Source: Vicugna vicugna (Eukaryota). From it: a stretch of 64,000 nt of DNA. The translations under genes and the position numbers were made by a program. The stretch is taken from contig MU058221.1 of the NCBI GenBank assembly GCA_013265495.1, positions 5,750,066-5,814,065 on the forward strand, written 5' to 3'. A model generated the notes under the pieces. That model was given only the letters and a program-made list of their open reading frames with translations. It made no database searches and was not told the DNA's origin. Each line of letters begins with the position of its first letter. Position 1 is the stretch's first letter. Below, piece after piece: positions 39,552-52,745 of the stretch.

Positions 39552-42500
39552 CTGAAAGGGAAAGGTAACCGTCAGGACTGCTCAACAGAATGTGACGCAG
39601 GATGGAAAAAAGAAGGACAGTCAAACTGCAAGCTATTCTAATAAAAGGCAGCAGTCGTGGGCGGACTCCCAAAGCTATTTGTATACCTGCAGAAGGCATT
39701 ATGTGCTGGCCGACCGAGAGCGACTTTTCTAAACAGGTACAGATTCTCCGAGCACCCACAGCAAACAGCCGATCTGGAGAATGGCCTCAAGGCCTGCATC
39801 TGACCTTCAGGGAAGGAAGCCAGCTAGGAACAACTGTGACACCCAGGACAAGTCACACACAGGAGGAACGGCTCGAGGCCTTGCCAGGGCCACACTGGAA
39901 GAGCAGGCTCTAGGCTATTCAAGCAGTGGCCCCCTTACACCAGCCTACAGATGGTGGCCGCTCTGGGAGGAACCTGCCTCTGGTTCGCAGGAAATGAGAG
40001 AAAGTGTGTCAGTTACAGCTCCCCGGTTGTGAAAATTTTCCTGTAGTCTGAGATCATATACACACTATATATTCTCTGTAAGAAATCATGGTAGTAGCAA
40101 ATGATCATTTTCCCCCAAAAGTCTTTAACACGTCAAAATAAAGAGTTGGCAGCCAAACCCTTCAAATCTGTTTTGAAATTTCATGAGACTTAAAGTTCTG
40201 AGAACTGCCTCACACCCAGTTTTTTATCAAAACTGGAACACAGGGCCTTCAGCTACGCTGGGAGTCACCACCATCTACATCTGCCTGAATCCAGACTCCA
40301 GGAAGCTGTCACATCTAAGGAAACAAGACACAAGAAAACAAGAGTGACCAGGGAAGTGCCTGTTTGCGACACACACAACTTTGTGATTTTTCCTAAGGAG
40401 TGAAGAAGTTTGCTGCTTGCAGAGAATACTTCATTTCCTCGACATTGGAAAGGGAACGTAAAATATTTATTTATTAAGATCAGTATAATTACAGAGAAAG
40501 TGTCAAGAATCTATACGACTGAAATGAATAATAAATTATATATACTATTATAATGATACAAGAAAGACAGAAATTCTGAAATGTTAAAGTTACTATTGAT
40601 TATTGTAAAAAGGTAAGGGATTGGAAGCAGAGTTAAAAATAAAGCCAATTCTGTGCAGTCCTGTTTGAATGGTAAGTTTGATGTCTACACAGGCCCATGT
40701 TTTATCCTAATTTGCATCCTGAGTCTGTAACCCAGAGAGAGTGGCTGAATATGACATGTGCTCAATAAACTTTTTTGAGCTGAATTAATAAAAAATAAAA
40801 AGACAGATGACAGAAGAAAATGGCACGACAAGTCTTAGATACTGAAACATTTGTATTTTGGAAAAGGTATAAATTTCTGAGTGTTAAACAAGAAAAGGAA
40901 AAGTCAGTATTATGGGGAAAAGAGACACAAAAATGAACTTAGCAATAAAACTAATTCCAACAATACTTAGTTTGATAACCAGTCAAACATAATTGGGGAA
41001 GTGAACTTTCAAAAGGCCAAAATCAGTGTATGCTATACACTGAAAAGTCAAAACCAAGCGTCGTCTCTGCCACTCGTCCCATTAGGCGAGCCCAGTCCGG
41101 CCCTGCCCACCGCCCTGCAGGGCCCACTGCCTCCCGGCTTGCTGCATCAGGGCCTCCCTGCACCTGCGGCCTCCACTGTCTGGGAAATGAAATCTCAGCT
41201 CTCAAAGCTCTGGCTCCAGATCACCTTTCTAGCCTCACCTCCCGATGCCCTCTCTCCTGCACTCTTGTCAAACCGAGCCAAGTGCAGGACACAGCCCAAC
41301 CTGCTTCCCCTGTGCCTTTGTGCAGCCTGATCCCTCCACCCGGAGGCCTCTCTGGTTCTCCCCCAAGCTCTTCCTCTGAACTCCCGCTGCAGACTACGTG
41401 CAGCATCGCCCCAGCACGTCTCAGTCTGAACCTGTCTCTGAAAAGCCACATGCTCTCCTCACAGCTGTAACAACTGCTGTGTCACCGCCCTGCTCATCCT
41501 CTCCGGCCACCCTTCCCCCTTGCTCGCAGGTCCCCCAGCCTCCCAGAACTTCCTCCTGTGGTTGAGTACACAGTTCTTTTTGGCCCCAGAGCCTTCACAC
41601 ACGCTGGCTGACACCCTGGCTGGAACAATACCCCCAACACACACACACTTAATCACTCATCCTTCTCCAGGATCAGCAGTGCCTGGAAGGAGCCACCTGG
41701 ACTGCGTCTCCTTTTCACAGTCCCTAGTGCTCATCACAGGTTGCATTTATAAATATCCATTTATTTGATTATTAAGTTTATTATTTATTATTATTAGGTA
41801 CTTTGATTTTTATTAAATGTATCTGACTATTTGTTTTTTACTCCATACCTAGGGGGCAATGTAATGTCCACTATTTTATCCCTGGTGCCCAGCAATGGAT
41901 CTGGCACATAGGGGTGAAAGGAAATGGGTTTATTACATGACTTACCAGTTTGCTCTTTGTAGCTTCATCTACCTCCCTGAGAAGACTGGAAGGTCCTCCT
42001 GAAACCGATTCTTACTCCTCCTCCCCACTCCCTTCCCTCCCTCTCTCTCGTTTTCTTAAAAAAGAGGACAGAGATAAGGAAGAAAGGGGTGGCAGGGAGA
42101 AGGAGCTCTGAAAGACAATGCAAAGAACATAAGAAAAAATTTTTTTAAGACTATCAATAATAAAGAACAAACTGTATTCATGAAATAAGGACAGATGATT
42201 GTTTTTAAAAAAGAACTATCAGAGAACTCCTTCCTGAAAATTAAAATTAAGGGAGTCAAAATAAAGAATTCAAGAGAAGAAATGGAAGATTAAATTGAAC
42301 AAATTTCTCAGGAAGCAGAACACAAAGACAAAACCGATGATGATAATGACAATAATATTTAGAGCCTACGTGTACAGCGTGTGTCATGCACTGAATTAAG
42401 TCTCACAACCATCCTAGGAGGAAAGTACTCTTACTATCTTCAAAATGGAAACTAGGAAAGATAAAAAATATTAAAGGATCAGTCTGGGAAATCTAACAAC

Positions 42501-45335
42501 TGACTCAAATCTTTTCCTTTCAGAAACAAACAGAAAATACACTGGAAAGGAAATGATCACATGAATGTATCTGAGAAAAGAAGGACCAAGGAATTGAAGG
42601 GACGGAAACTTTGTATTTTAGAAATCCATGTGGAAATATCTACAGATGAAATTATACAATGTCTTGGGCTCCCACGGGAAACCACAGGGAGCAGGTGGAG
42701 ATACAGATGAAGTAAAACCACCCAAGATTTTTGCACGGGCATACTAGTTTGACATACTTATATATGAGTGGAGAGGCCAACTATACACTAGGCAATAAAG
42801 TCAGGTCTAAGGATAAAAATTTGGATATCGATGGCATTTAAAGGCAGGAGGTTAGATGAGATCACCTTCGGAGAGAGAGGAAAGGTGGAAAAGAGCAGAG
42901 GACCTGGGACGGAGCCCAGGCGCACTTCAACACGTAAGTATCAAAGGGCAGATATTTTACTTTTCAGACGTGATAAAGCCACAAAATGATACATATTTGA
43001 AATAAACAACACAGTATGTTGCTATGGATATATATTTAAAGGATAACAGACTCATGGTTATGTTCACCACTGAAAGTACAGGCTACAGGAGAAGAGATTC
43101 TTTTTCATTAATACTTGTGAGCTACAATTGCTTGAAAAGGTATTTTGGAATCAGTACATAGGAAGAAAAGGTGAGCAGAAGGCAGTGATCAAGCCCACTA
43201 GTTCCCAGAGAAATGTTACAACACTTCTCAAAAACTAAAAAGACTGACAATGGTTGGTGGAAAGGTAGGGAAAAAAGAGCTGTCTGCTGCTGATGGTGGT
43301 GGGAATACCAATTAGTAAGGCCTCTTTGGAGAGCAATTTTGCAATTCTAGCAAAACTTCAACCCAGCTATTTTTAACCCAGCAGTTCTACTTCTAAGGAT
43401 TTAACTGTCCTCAAGAAACACATGTGCAAAAGCGAAAAGACATTCTTCCCAGCAGCACTGTTAGTAACAGTGAAAACTGAAAACAGCTTAACAGTCCATC
43501 AATAGGGGAAGAGAAAAAACAAAATGTGATACATTCAGAGGATGGAATACCATCCAGGAGTTAAAAATGTATTCATCATCATGGGTTATGTCCCAACAAC
43601 ATGATGATAAATGCAAAAAAAAATGCAGAATGGTACATACAGAATACCATTTATACAAATTTTAATATTCATGATAGTAGTTCTTGCTGGGGAGGAATAA
43701 AGAGAAGGAAATGGAATTAGGAAGGCATATGAAAGAAGCTTCAACTTTAGTAATACTGCTTTCTTTCTTTTGTAATATAAAGACTGAGGCAAATATAACA
43801 AAATATCAAGTTTTACTGGTTCTGAGTGTTAGCTACATCATCATCATCCAGTATTTTATCCTGTGTGCCATTTTATCTTTGCAACTAGGGAGAAAAAGTC
43901 TCTGCATTTCATAGGAGGGGAAAAAGGCAAAATAAACCATACATTTCCTAATGCTGATTCAGTAAAGGAAATACTGAAAAATATAAAAATTAGCTAATCT
44001 TGGTCACTGAACATGTTCAGCAGGCTGCAACAAAAAGAGGGGAGTACATGAAACTTTCAATGACAGCAATAAAAGGCAAGTATGTTCAGTTAAGCTTTCA
44101 AAATGACAGGTAAGATCAGACTACATCTTCATAGTACTGAATACTTGGTCTGTCCAAAAGGCATATATCTAGGTTATATATCCAATATTTAAAGAGCCCA
44201 AATACATCACTTCCAGGCTGAAATAACACAGCTGTTAAAAGTTAAGAAGATATGGTACAGTTTGTCTTACTTTTTACTCTTTCTCAATCCGTGGGTCATT
44301 TTCTTCAGTATTTGGAGAAAGAAACTCGAATCATTCACTATTAGGCATATTAAAAAGCACATCCAAATGTTAAAACTGAACATAAAGAAGCACCTTCCGA
44401 GCCAAATACAATCAGTTATGGATTAGGTGCTCATTTGGCACCAGCCTCCAAACTGAAACATTCAAGTCTTCTAATTCCTGAGTGTGACGTACTCAGCAAT
44501 GTGGAAACTGACAGTCGAGGTTATTTTTTAGTGAAAAAGCTCCCTGTAATTTCTGAGTCTGTACTCAGTCTACTATCTGACAGTCACTTGCTACCATTCT
44601 CAAGGAACTATAATTCTGAGTTACGATTTTTTCACTTAACAGAAATTAAGAAAAGAAACCAACTGGATATGAAATTTAACCTATGAACCAAGCTGTCACT
44701 GACCTGGAGACAGATGCCTGTGAAAGGTCATAAACAGTATTATACTGGACACTGAAAGGAAACTAAATCATATTTATTTTTATTTTAAATATTATAATGA
44801 GTTTTAAAAAATTAGACTGATAGTTCACATATATGCTAAATACCCATCACATGGCCTGCAGGTTCCTAAGATGTAAGAAACCATTTTTGAGAGCCAGAGC
44901 TGAGGCAGGAAAGGAGGTGAGTGAAAGCTAAAGACAAACTATTTAAAATCCTGCCTGGGTGTCCCTGAGCCTGGGACAGAGGGAACTCTTTCCTTCATCC
45001 TCCTTCCAAGGTATGGACCCACTTCTCATTCCTATAACTCAACTCTTAGCTCACTTTACAACATTGTTCACTTGAGGAAATACAGTCTAAATTCTAAACA
45101 AAGTGTATTTATATATAGATTTTTCCATTACTTCAACAACGCTGGCAAAAGAAAATAATAATAAAATTAAAATGAGAGTAATAAGGACAGTTCGCATTTG
45201 TGTAACACCTCAACTAAGACAACATGAAGAATAAAAACCAGAGCCGAGACTGCTCCTCCTGTCCAAGGAGATCAGCGCGACAGCGACTGCAAGAGCATCG
45301 GACTGGGGCGGGGGCTGCAGGGCGCCGCGCCTCAC

Positions 45336-45515
45336 CCAGCTGGTTCTTCATCCCCATGAGCACGGAGTTCATGTGGGCTTTGGACGCGTAGAGCTTGCTC
45401 ACAGCCTTCCTCGACCTGATCATCTCCTTGGCGAGAACCACACAGACATCCTTCTGACCCTTCTTGGCAGCGTCTTTCACAGATCGTTTCACTTTTTCTT
45501 CTTCTCTTTGGATAT
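45336..45515 (-). CDS. CHMP3: CHMP3 exon 3: IQREEEKVKRSVKDAAKKGQ...MGMKNQL
   Basis: tttag|ATATC ... CTGG|gtgagg; contained in ORF 45214..45537. Confidence 0.97.
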
Positions 45516-46615
45516 CTAAATTTAGAACGTAACACAAAGCGCCAAAAGATTAAGGGGAAACCAGGAGAGTCATTGGCACTGAAATCTGTCCTTATTGTAA
45601 TCTAAATGTGTCTGTTAAAAAGGAAAACGGACAGGAGGATATTCATGAAATGAAAATAACTCATGTGCTGGCTATTCTTATTTCCAGAAAATTAAAGCGA
45701 TGTAAGAGTGAACAGAAAAGTGAATCCTACTACACCAGACAAAATTTCAAAACTGCTTTTGCAAGCGCACTGAAACATTTGTTGGTACAGCATTCTAGAG
45801 CTTGCTCTGATCGTCAGTGCGTAGTATTCCCACAGTTACAGGAGCAGCATCTCGGTACATTCATTAATGACTTATAAAAACCTGCAACTTAGGGAAAACC
45901 TGAACATATTAAAAGTATCATCACGCATCCACTAGAGGGAAGACATTATATGCTTTAGGAATAGCGGAGATTTTTTCTATTGTGGTAAAATACCATAACA
46001 TAAAATTCACTATCCTAAACTATTTTAAAATACACAATTGGTGGTATTAAGTACATCCATACTGTAGTGAACTATCACCACCATCTGTCTCCAGAACCCT
46101 CAGAGCTTTCAAAACTGCACCTCAAACCCATTAAACAAGAATTCTCCATTCCCTCCTCCCACCCAGATAACCAGGATAATCTCTTCACCTCAAGATCCTA
46201 AATTTAATCAAATCTGCGCATTCCCTTTTGCCGTGTAAGATAACATATTCACAGATTCTGGGAATTGGGACATGACATCTTTAGGAGGCCATTACTCTAT
46301 CTATCATAGAATGTGAGCACCTGCTTTGTTTCCAACACTAACCCGGACTCAAGGAAATCTTGGATGAACGTGGCCCTTCTACCTTGAATAGCTGAATTCC
46401 AGGCCAGAGAAAAGATTTAGTTCTTGTAAAATGTAAAGTGTCTTTGAGTTCATTATATCTTGGTTTTTCTTATAATAATTAGAAAGCAAAATAATTAAGA
46501 CAGTTATAAATCATTACTATAAAACTATGTCCTACAGATGGAGATGCAGTTTATTTTTATGAATGCAAAATATATCAAGAGGATAAGGAATAGGAGACAT
46601 AAAATGATAATTTAC

Positions 46616-46676
46616 CTCTTATTTGCCTGTCAACAACTCTCATTTCCTTTCTTATCTTCAATGACCATTCATTGAC
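46616..46676 (-). CDS. CHMP3: CHMP3 exon 2: VNEWSLKIRKEMRVVDRQIR
   Basis: ttcccag|GTCAAT ... AGAG|gtaaat. Confidence 0.96.
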
Positions 46677-47486
46677 CTGGGAAAAATTTTAGAAAATTAT
46701 AAGAAAAGCAAATACTCCCAATTCACCAAATTTTAAAGAAATTTACATTAATTCTACATTTATTCCAGACACAATCTAAAAATAAAATCAATAAAAGCCA
46801 TTTTGAAAGAAAGAGCTTTAGGGCCAAATTCTATTTTTTTTCATCTTTTTATTCACAGTACACTGAAGTCTCAAACTATGTATTTGAAGGCAGTAAGAAG
46901 CACTTTATACAAGATCTCAGAGAGAGTTCAGGACCCTGCAGGTATATAAAGACTTTTCAAGAGGTACATGGGCTATGAGAGGTTTCTGAGCATCAGAAGA
47001 TTTTCAACTTCTATACATAATTATTTTAAAAACTACTCTGCCTGCATCATAAGAGTTCACCTTTTCCTTCTCTCCTTTAACAATAATGCTTTACCATTTT
47101 ACCAAAGAAATATATTCCTCTAACCTATGTGTCTTATTACCATGACAGATTTCCCTGAGAGGCAAAAACCTCTGAAGCACTAAACAGAGCCTACTAGAAA
47201 TAGCAGTGTAGACATTGAGAAAGCAGTGAATGACTCTGATTATCAAATTCTTATGCATTTTTCCTAATTCTTCAGTTTCAAAAATACTGAAGAAAAATCT
47301 GAGTTGTCAGTTTGATAAACCATTAAAACTAAATTTTACATTAAATCCATATGGGCTTTTTGGCATACAACACAGAAGTTCAAAGAACTAAGTGACACTG
47401 ACGTAAAAAAATTCTTTCCACTACCATCTACTTATTTATATTAACAATGTATCTCAGCACTTGAGTTTAATTAAACATAAAATAGG

Positions 47487-48047
47487 GCTTTCTTCCAGGT
47501 GAGAAGCCTCACAATGAGGATCTCTTGTCTACACCCGCACCAATGGCATCCAGAAGCCCTCTGCTATTGGCCCAGGTCTTTGGATGCAAAAGGTGGCCAC
47601 CGCTGTGGCACACTGCGAAGAGGGCAACAGTCTCACCAGATGAACGGTGACCCCCAGAGACGATCCAACCACGCACGGCTGCAGTACATGCTACCGTCAC
47701 CGGTTCTGCTTCTGGGCAAGGAGCAATTAGCTGTCATGGACCTTGGTGTCCATGTGAAGGGTGGGGGTCACACAGCTTAGACCCGCGCAATCCACCAGCC
47801 CCATCTCTAAAACCCCGGTGGTCTATCACCAGAAATATGTAGATAGGCTCCCAAGAAGATCAAAGATACCCTCATCCAGTATGACTGGACCCTGCTGGTA
47901 GCTGACCCCTGTCCCTGCAAATCCAGAAGTCTGATACCCTGGTGCCCATGACTGTTACCAGAAATCCTACCAGTAAGCCCATCACAAGGACCGAGGGTCA
48001 CCTTTACGATAAACAATGGTTGTGGAATTTAAGGTTAAAATAACAAT
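47487..48047 (+). pseudogene. RPS16: Processed (retro)pseudogene of ribosomal protein S16, antisense within CHMP3 intron 1
   Basis: Intronless, frameshifted blocks MASRSPLLLAQVFGCK / ATAVAHCEEGN / LQYMLPSPVLLLGKE..HVKGGGH / YHQKYVD / IKDTLIQYDWTLLVADP / YQKSYQ* (ATG 47543, TAA 47976); pyrimidine-rich 5' end; decayed A-tail; 13-bp TSD at 47474-47486 and 48048-48060 with 2 mismatches. Confidence 0.93.
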
Positions 48048-48309
48048 AACATAGAACAGGAATGGAACTGATGCTGACCGCTTTAACACTCAACCATGGA
48101 CACATGAACTAAACAGCATTAAAAAATCCATACTATTAAGAGAAGACACATTTCCAACAAATTTCACTTTTAATGACTTAATTAAAATCATTATTTAACA
48201 AAATCTATAAAACATTTATGAGGCAACAACTGTAATAACTCTACCCAAACAAAATGTTAAAGCACTTAAAACTATATGGTTATATATTTAAAAAATTAAT
48301 GTTAGATTT

Positions 48310-50640
48310 ACATACATTTTAAGTGAAATTCACATAAACTACACTTAGCCATTCTATTATTTTAATTTTGGGGGGGTAATTAGGCTTATTTTTTTTGGAG
48401 GAGGTACTGGGGATTGAACCCAGGACCTCGTGCATACTAAGCACACACTCTACCACTTGAGCTATACCCTAACCCCCTACACTTAGCCATTCTAAAATGT
48501 ACAATTCAGTGGCACTTGGTACCTTCACAATGTTGTGCAATCACCAACTCTATGTAGTCTCATAACTTTTTCAACGTGTCAGAAGAACACACTACACCCG
48601 GTAAATAATCCTCCCCTGTATCTACCCTCCCCCATTCCCTCCATTCCCTGTCAACTAATTTGCTTTTTTATGTCTTTCGATATGCTTATTTTCGATATTT
48701 CATACAAAAGAAATCATACAGTATGTGGCCTTTCGTGTCTGGAGTCTTTCATTTACTATAGTGTTTTTAAGGTTCATCCATGTTGCAGCATCTATCAATA
48801 CTTCAGTCCTTTTTATGGCTGAATAATATTCCATTGTATGTACATACCACATGACTTGTTTATCTATTCATCCACTGATGGACATTTGGGTTGTTTCCAT
48901 GTCTTGGTGACTGTTAATAATGCTGCTATGAACATCTGTGAACAAGTATTTGAGTACCTTTTTTCTATTCTTTTGCATATATACCTAGGAATGGAATTGC
49001 TCACATATGGTAATTCTATTTTATCTTTCTGAGGAACTCCAAAACTCTTTTCACCATTTTACATTCCCACAAGCAATATACAAGGGTTTCTATTTCTCCA
49101 CATCCTTGCCAATGCTTGTTATCTTCCAATTTTTTGACTACAGTCAATCTGTTGGATGTGCTTAAACAAATCACCTCATTGTGATTTTGATTTGCATTTC
49201 CTTAATGACCAATGAAGTTGACTATCTTTTCATATGTTTGTTGATCATTTGTGTATCTCCTCTGGAGAAATGTCTATTTTTTTCTTCTATCCGTTTTAAA
49301 GTTCAGTTGTCTTTTTGTTGTTGAGTTGTATGAGGTCTTCACATATTCTCAGCATAGACTCTCATCAGATATATAATTTGCAAATATAATATCCCACTCT
49401 ATAGGTTATCTTTGCACTTTCTTGATAATATCCTTTGATCCACAAAAGCTTTTAATTTTGATGAATTTCAATTTGTCTATTTTTCCTTCTGTTGCTTATG
49501 CTTTTGGTGTCATAGCTAAGAATCCATTGACAGATATGAGGTCATGAAGGATTACCCCTATGTTTTTTTCTAAGAGTTTTATGGTTTTAGTTCAAACACT
49601 TTGGGTCTTTGAGCCAGTCTGAGTTAATTTTTGCATATGAAGTGAGGTAGGGGCCCAGCTCCATTTCTTTACGTGTGGACATCCACTTGCTCCAGCACCA
49701 TTTGTTGAAGAGACTATCCTCCTCCCACTGAATGATCTCGGCAGCCTTATAGAAAATCAAGTGGCCACAGATGTACAGGTTTACTTCTGGACTCTCAATC
49801 CTATTCCACTGATTCATGCCTAACTCTATAGAATTTATAACAATACCACACTGTAATTACTATAACTTTGTAGTTAAGTTTTCAAATCAGGAACTGTGAG
49901 TCCTCCAAATTTGTTTTTCTTTTTCAGTATGTTTTTGGCTATTTGGGACCTGTTATATACCATATGAATTTGAGGTTCAACTTTCCCATGTCTGCAAGAA
50001 AGGCATTTGGAATTTTGATAGCCACTGTACTGAATCTGCTGATCACTTTTGGTGGTACGGCCATCTTAACTACATTGTCTTGAAATCCGTAAACTTGGAA
50101 TTTCTTTCTGTAATTTTTTGTAGTTTTCAGTGTAAAAAAGTGTTTTGCTTCCTTGGTTAAATTTATCCCTTGGTATTTTATCCTTTAGGATGCTACTGAA
50201 AATGACATATTTAATTTTGTTTTTATATTTTTCATTGCTAGTATAAAAAGCACAACTGATTTTTTAAGTATTTATCTTGAAACTTGCAACTTTGCTGGAT
50301 TCACTGATAACTAGTTTTCTGGTGCATGAAGATTTTTTGGAGTTTTCTATTTCTGGAATCATGTCATCTGCAAATAAAAACTTTTACTTCTTCCTTTCCA
50401 GCATGGATACCTTCTCTTCCTCTTGCCCAAATGCTCTGGCTAGGCCTTCTAATATAATGTTGAATAGTAGTGGCAAAAGTAGGTATCTTTGTCTTGTTCC
50501 CGATCTCAGGGGAAAAGCTTTCAGTTTTCCACAATTAATAATGTATAATAAAATGCAACGTTAGCTGTAGTTTTTCATCAATGCCCTTTATCGAGTTAAG
50601 GAAGTTTCCTTCTATTCCTAGTTTTCTGAATGTTTTTACC
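48310..50640 (-). mobile_element. L1 (L1MA/MB-type) 3' portion
   Basis: Typical antisense L1 3'UTR and ORF2 sequence; ORF 49587..49817 reads QWNRIESPE...LFNKWCW. Confidence 0.88.
48357..48476 (-). mobile_element. tRNA-derived SINE (camelid Vic-1-like)
   Basis: A box TAGCTCAAGTGG, B box GGTTCAATCC, A-rich tail; perfect direct repeat CTACACTTAGCCATTCTA at 48339-48356 and 48477-48494. Confidence 0.9.
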
Positions 50641-51142
50641 ATAAAAGATAAGTACATATTTTTGTTTCAAGTGTAATAAGATGATTAATAAGTTATTTCA
50701 AGCATAAAAGTATTAGACTAAGGAGAAATCTATGGATGAAAGTGAAAAAGAAATAAATGGAAAGTCTCTTTTCAAGAAAAGAAAATGATGAAAAATGACT
50801 ATAAATAAGAACTTGTGTGTACATATTTTAAATGATACTGACAGGTATCAAATTGCTGTGGTATTTTTAAGAGTAATGTAACAATTTTATTTAAACACAA
50901 TATTTACAATATGCCAAAAATCATATCCTATGCAACTCTATCTGAACTTACGATAAAAAATATAAAATGCTGACTTACAGCTAGCTGTAAAAAGGGGTAC
51001 ACATGTACAAAAAATTATTTTGGGTGTTACATGAAGCAATTTGAAGACACTGTTATAATCAAACCAGAACTTTCAGACAGAGCAGGAAATGGCTCATACA
51101 TTCATTCAAATGTTTTCTGAGTATCTGCTAGTCCCAGGCACT

Positions 51143-51715
51143 GTTCACTTCTGGACATATATCCAGAGGGAACCTTAATTCAAAAAGACACATGCATCTC
51201 AATGTTCACAGCAGCACTATTTACAGTAGCCAAAACATGGAAACAATCTAAATGTCCATTGACAGATGACTGGATAAAGAAGTTGTAGTATATTTATACA
51301 ATGGAATACTACTCAGCCATAAAAAATAATAAAATAATGCCATTTGCAGCAACATGCATGAACCTGGAGAATGTCATTCTAAGTGAAGTAAGCCAGAGAA
51401 AGAAAAATACACACATGATATATATGTGATATCTAAAAAAAAAAATTAAAAGAAAAGACAAAAGAACTTATTTACAAAACAGAAACAGACTCACAGACAT
51501 AGAAAACAAACTTATGGTTACCACTGGGGGTAGGGGATGAGAAGGGATAAATTGGGAGTTGGAGATTTGCAAATACTAATGTAACCTATGGTGAAGAAGA
51601 ATATGAGAACGAATGTATGTTTCTATGTGACTGAAGTATTGTGCTGTACACCAGAAATTGACACAACATTGTAAACTGATAGTACTTCAATAAAAATGTA
51701 TTAGAAGGGAAAAAG
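51143..51715 (+). mobile_element. Lineage-specific L1 3' end
   Basis: Well-preserved ORF2 C-terminus and 3'UTR with AATAAA. Confidence 0.88.
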
Positions 51716-51719
51716 AAAA

Positions 51720-52745
51720 TCTGATAAAGACATTACAAGAAAGGAAAATTACAGAGCAGTATCTGTCATGAACATAGATGCAAAAATCCTCAACAAAATG
51801 TTAGCAAATTGAATGAAAAATATGTAAAAATTATAAACAACAATCAAGTGTGATTTATTTCAGGTATGAAAGGCTGGTTCAGCATTCAAAAATCAATCAC
51901 CATAATCCGTAAGGCTAAAGAAGAAAAATGACTTGACACTGAAAAAGCATTTGACAAAATCTAATACCTACTCATAATAAAAACTCTCCACAAACCAGAA
52001 TAAAAGGAAACCCCCTCAATTTAATATTTTTAAGAAACTGCACCTCCCCACAAACTATAGCTAACATTGTAATTAATGGCAAGAAAATTAGAAGCTTTCC
52101 CCCTAAGATCAAGAACACAGAAGTCAATCATCTCTCTCTACTACTATTCAACATTGTAATGAAGTACAATAAGAAAAGGAAATAAAAGGTATACAGATTT
52201 GGAATAAAGCAATTAAATTGTCTTTTTCACAGACGACCTGATTTTCTACATATAGATTTAAAAAAAAATCTGGAACTAATGAGCAAGTATAGCAAGGTAG
52301 GACAGAAGGTTAATATACAGAAGTTAACTGCTTTCCAGTATACCAGAAAACTAAAAGATTGATGAAAGAAATCAAAGAATACACAAATAAATGGAGAGAT
52401 ATTCCATGTTCATGAATTGAAAGACTCATCATTAAGGTATCAATTCTTCCCAATTTCATCTGAAGATTGAAAGCAATTTCCAAATCACCAGAATCTATTC
52501 TGTAGATGTCAACAAACTGATTCTCAATTTTATATGGAAAGGCAAATGCCCTGGAATAGCCAAGATAACAGCAAAGAAAGAGAGAGTTGGAGGAGTGCCC
52601 ACTACTCAATTTCAAGACTATGGTATAAAGCTACAGGATTCAGGACAGAGTGGTGTTGGCCAAAAGACAGACACACAGACCAATGGAACAGAATAGAAAG
52701 CCTAGAATTAGACCCACACAAATATACTCAACTGGTCATATAACA
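51720..52745 (+). mobile_element. Older L1 ORF2 (reverse transcriptase region) fragment
   Basis: Contains catagatgcaaaaatcctcaacaaaat and the motif DRHTDQWNRIES. Confidence 0.85.

Larger units (their letters stand above)
46861..51052 (+). mobile_element. hAT-Charlie DNA transposon remnant, split by the RPS16 retrocopy and an L1
   Basis: 47358-47486 translates as FWHTTQKFKELSDTDVKKFFPLPSTYLY*QCISAL, resembling the hAT C-terminal dimerization motif, and resumes at 48061; TIR-like ends near 46861 and 51040-51052; subfamily and ends uncertain. Confidence 0.6.

Noticed and set aside
48357..48476. Functional tRNA gene
   Set aside because: A-rich tail, TSD and a second homologous copy identify it as a SINE
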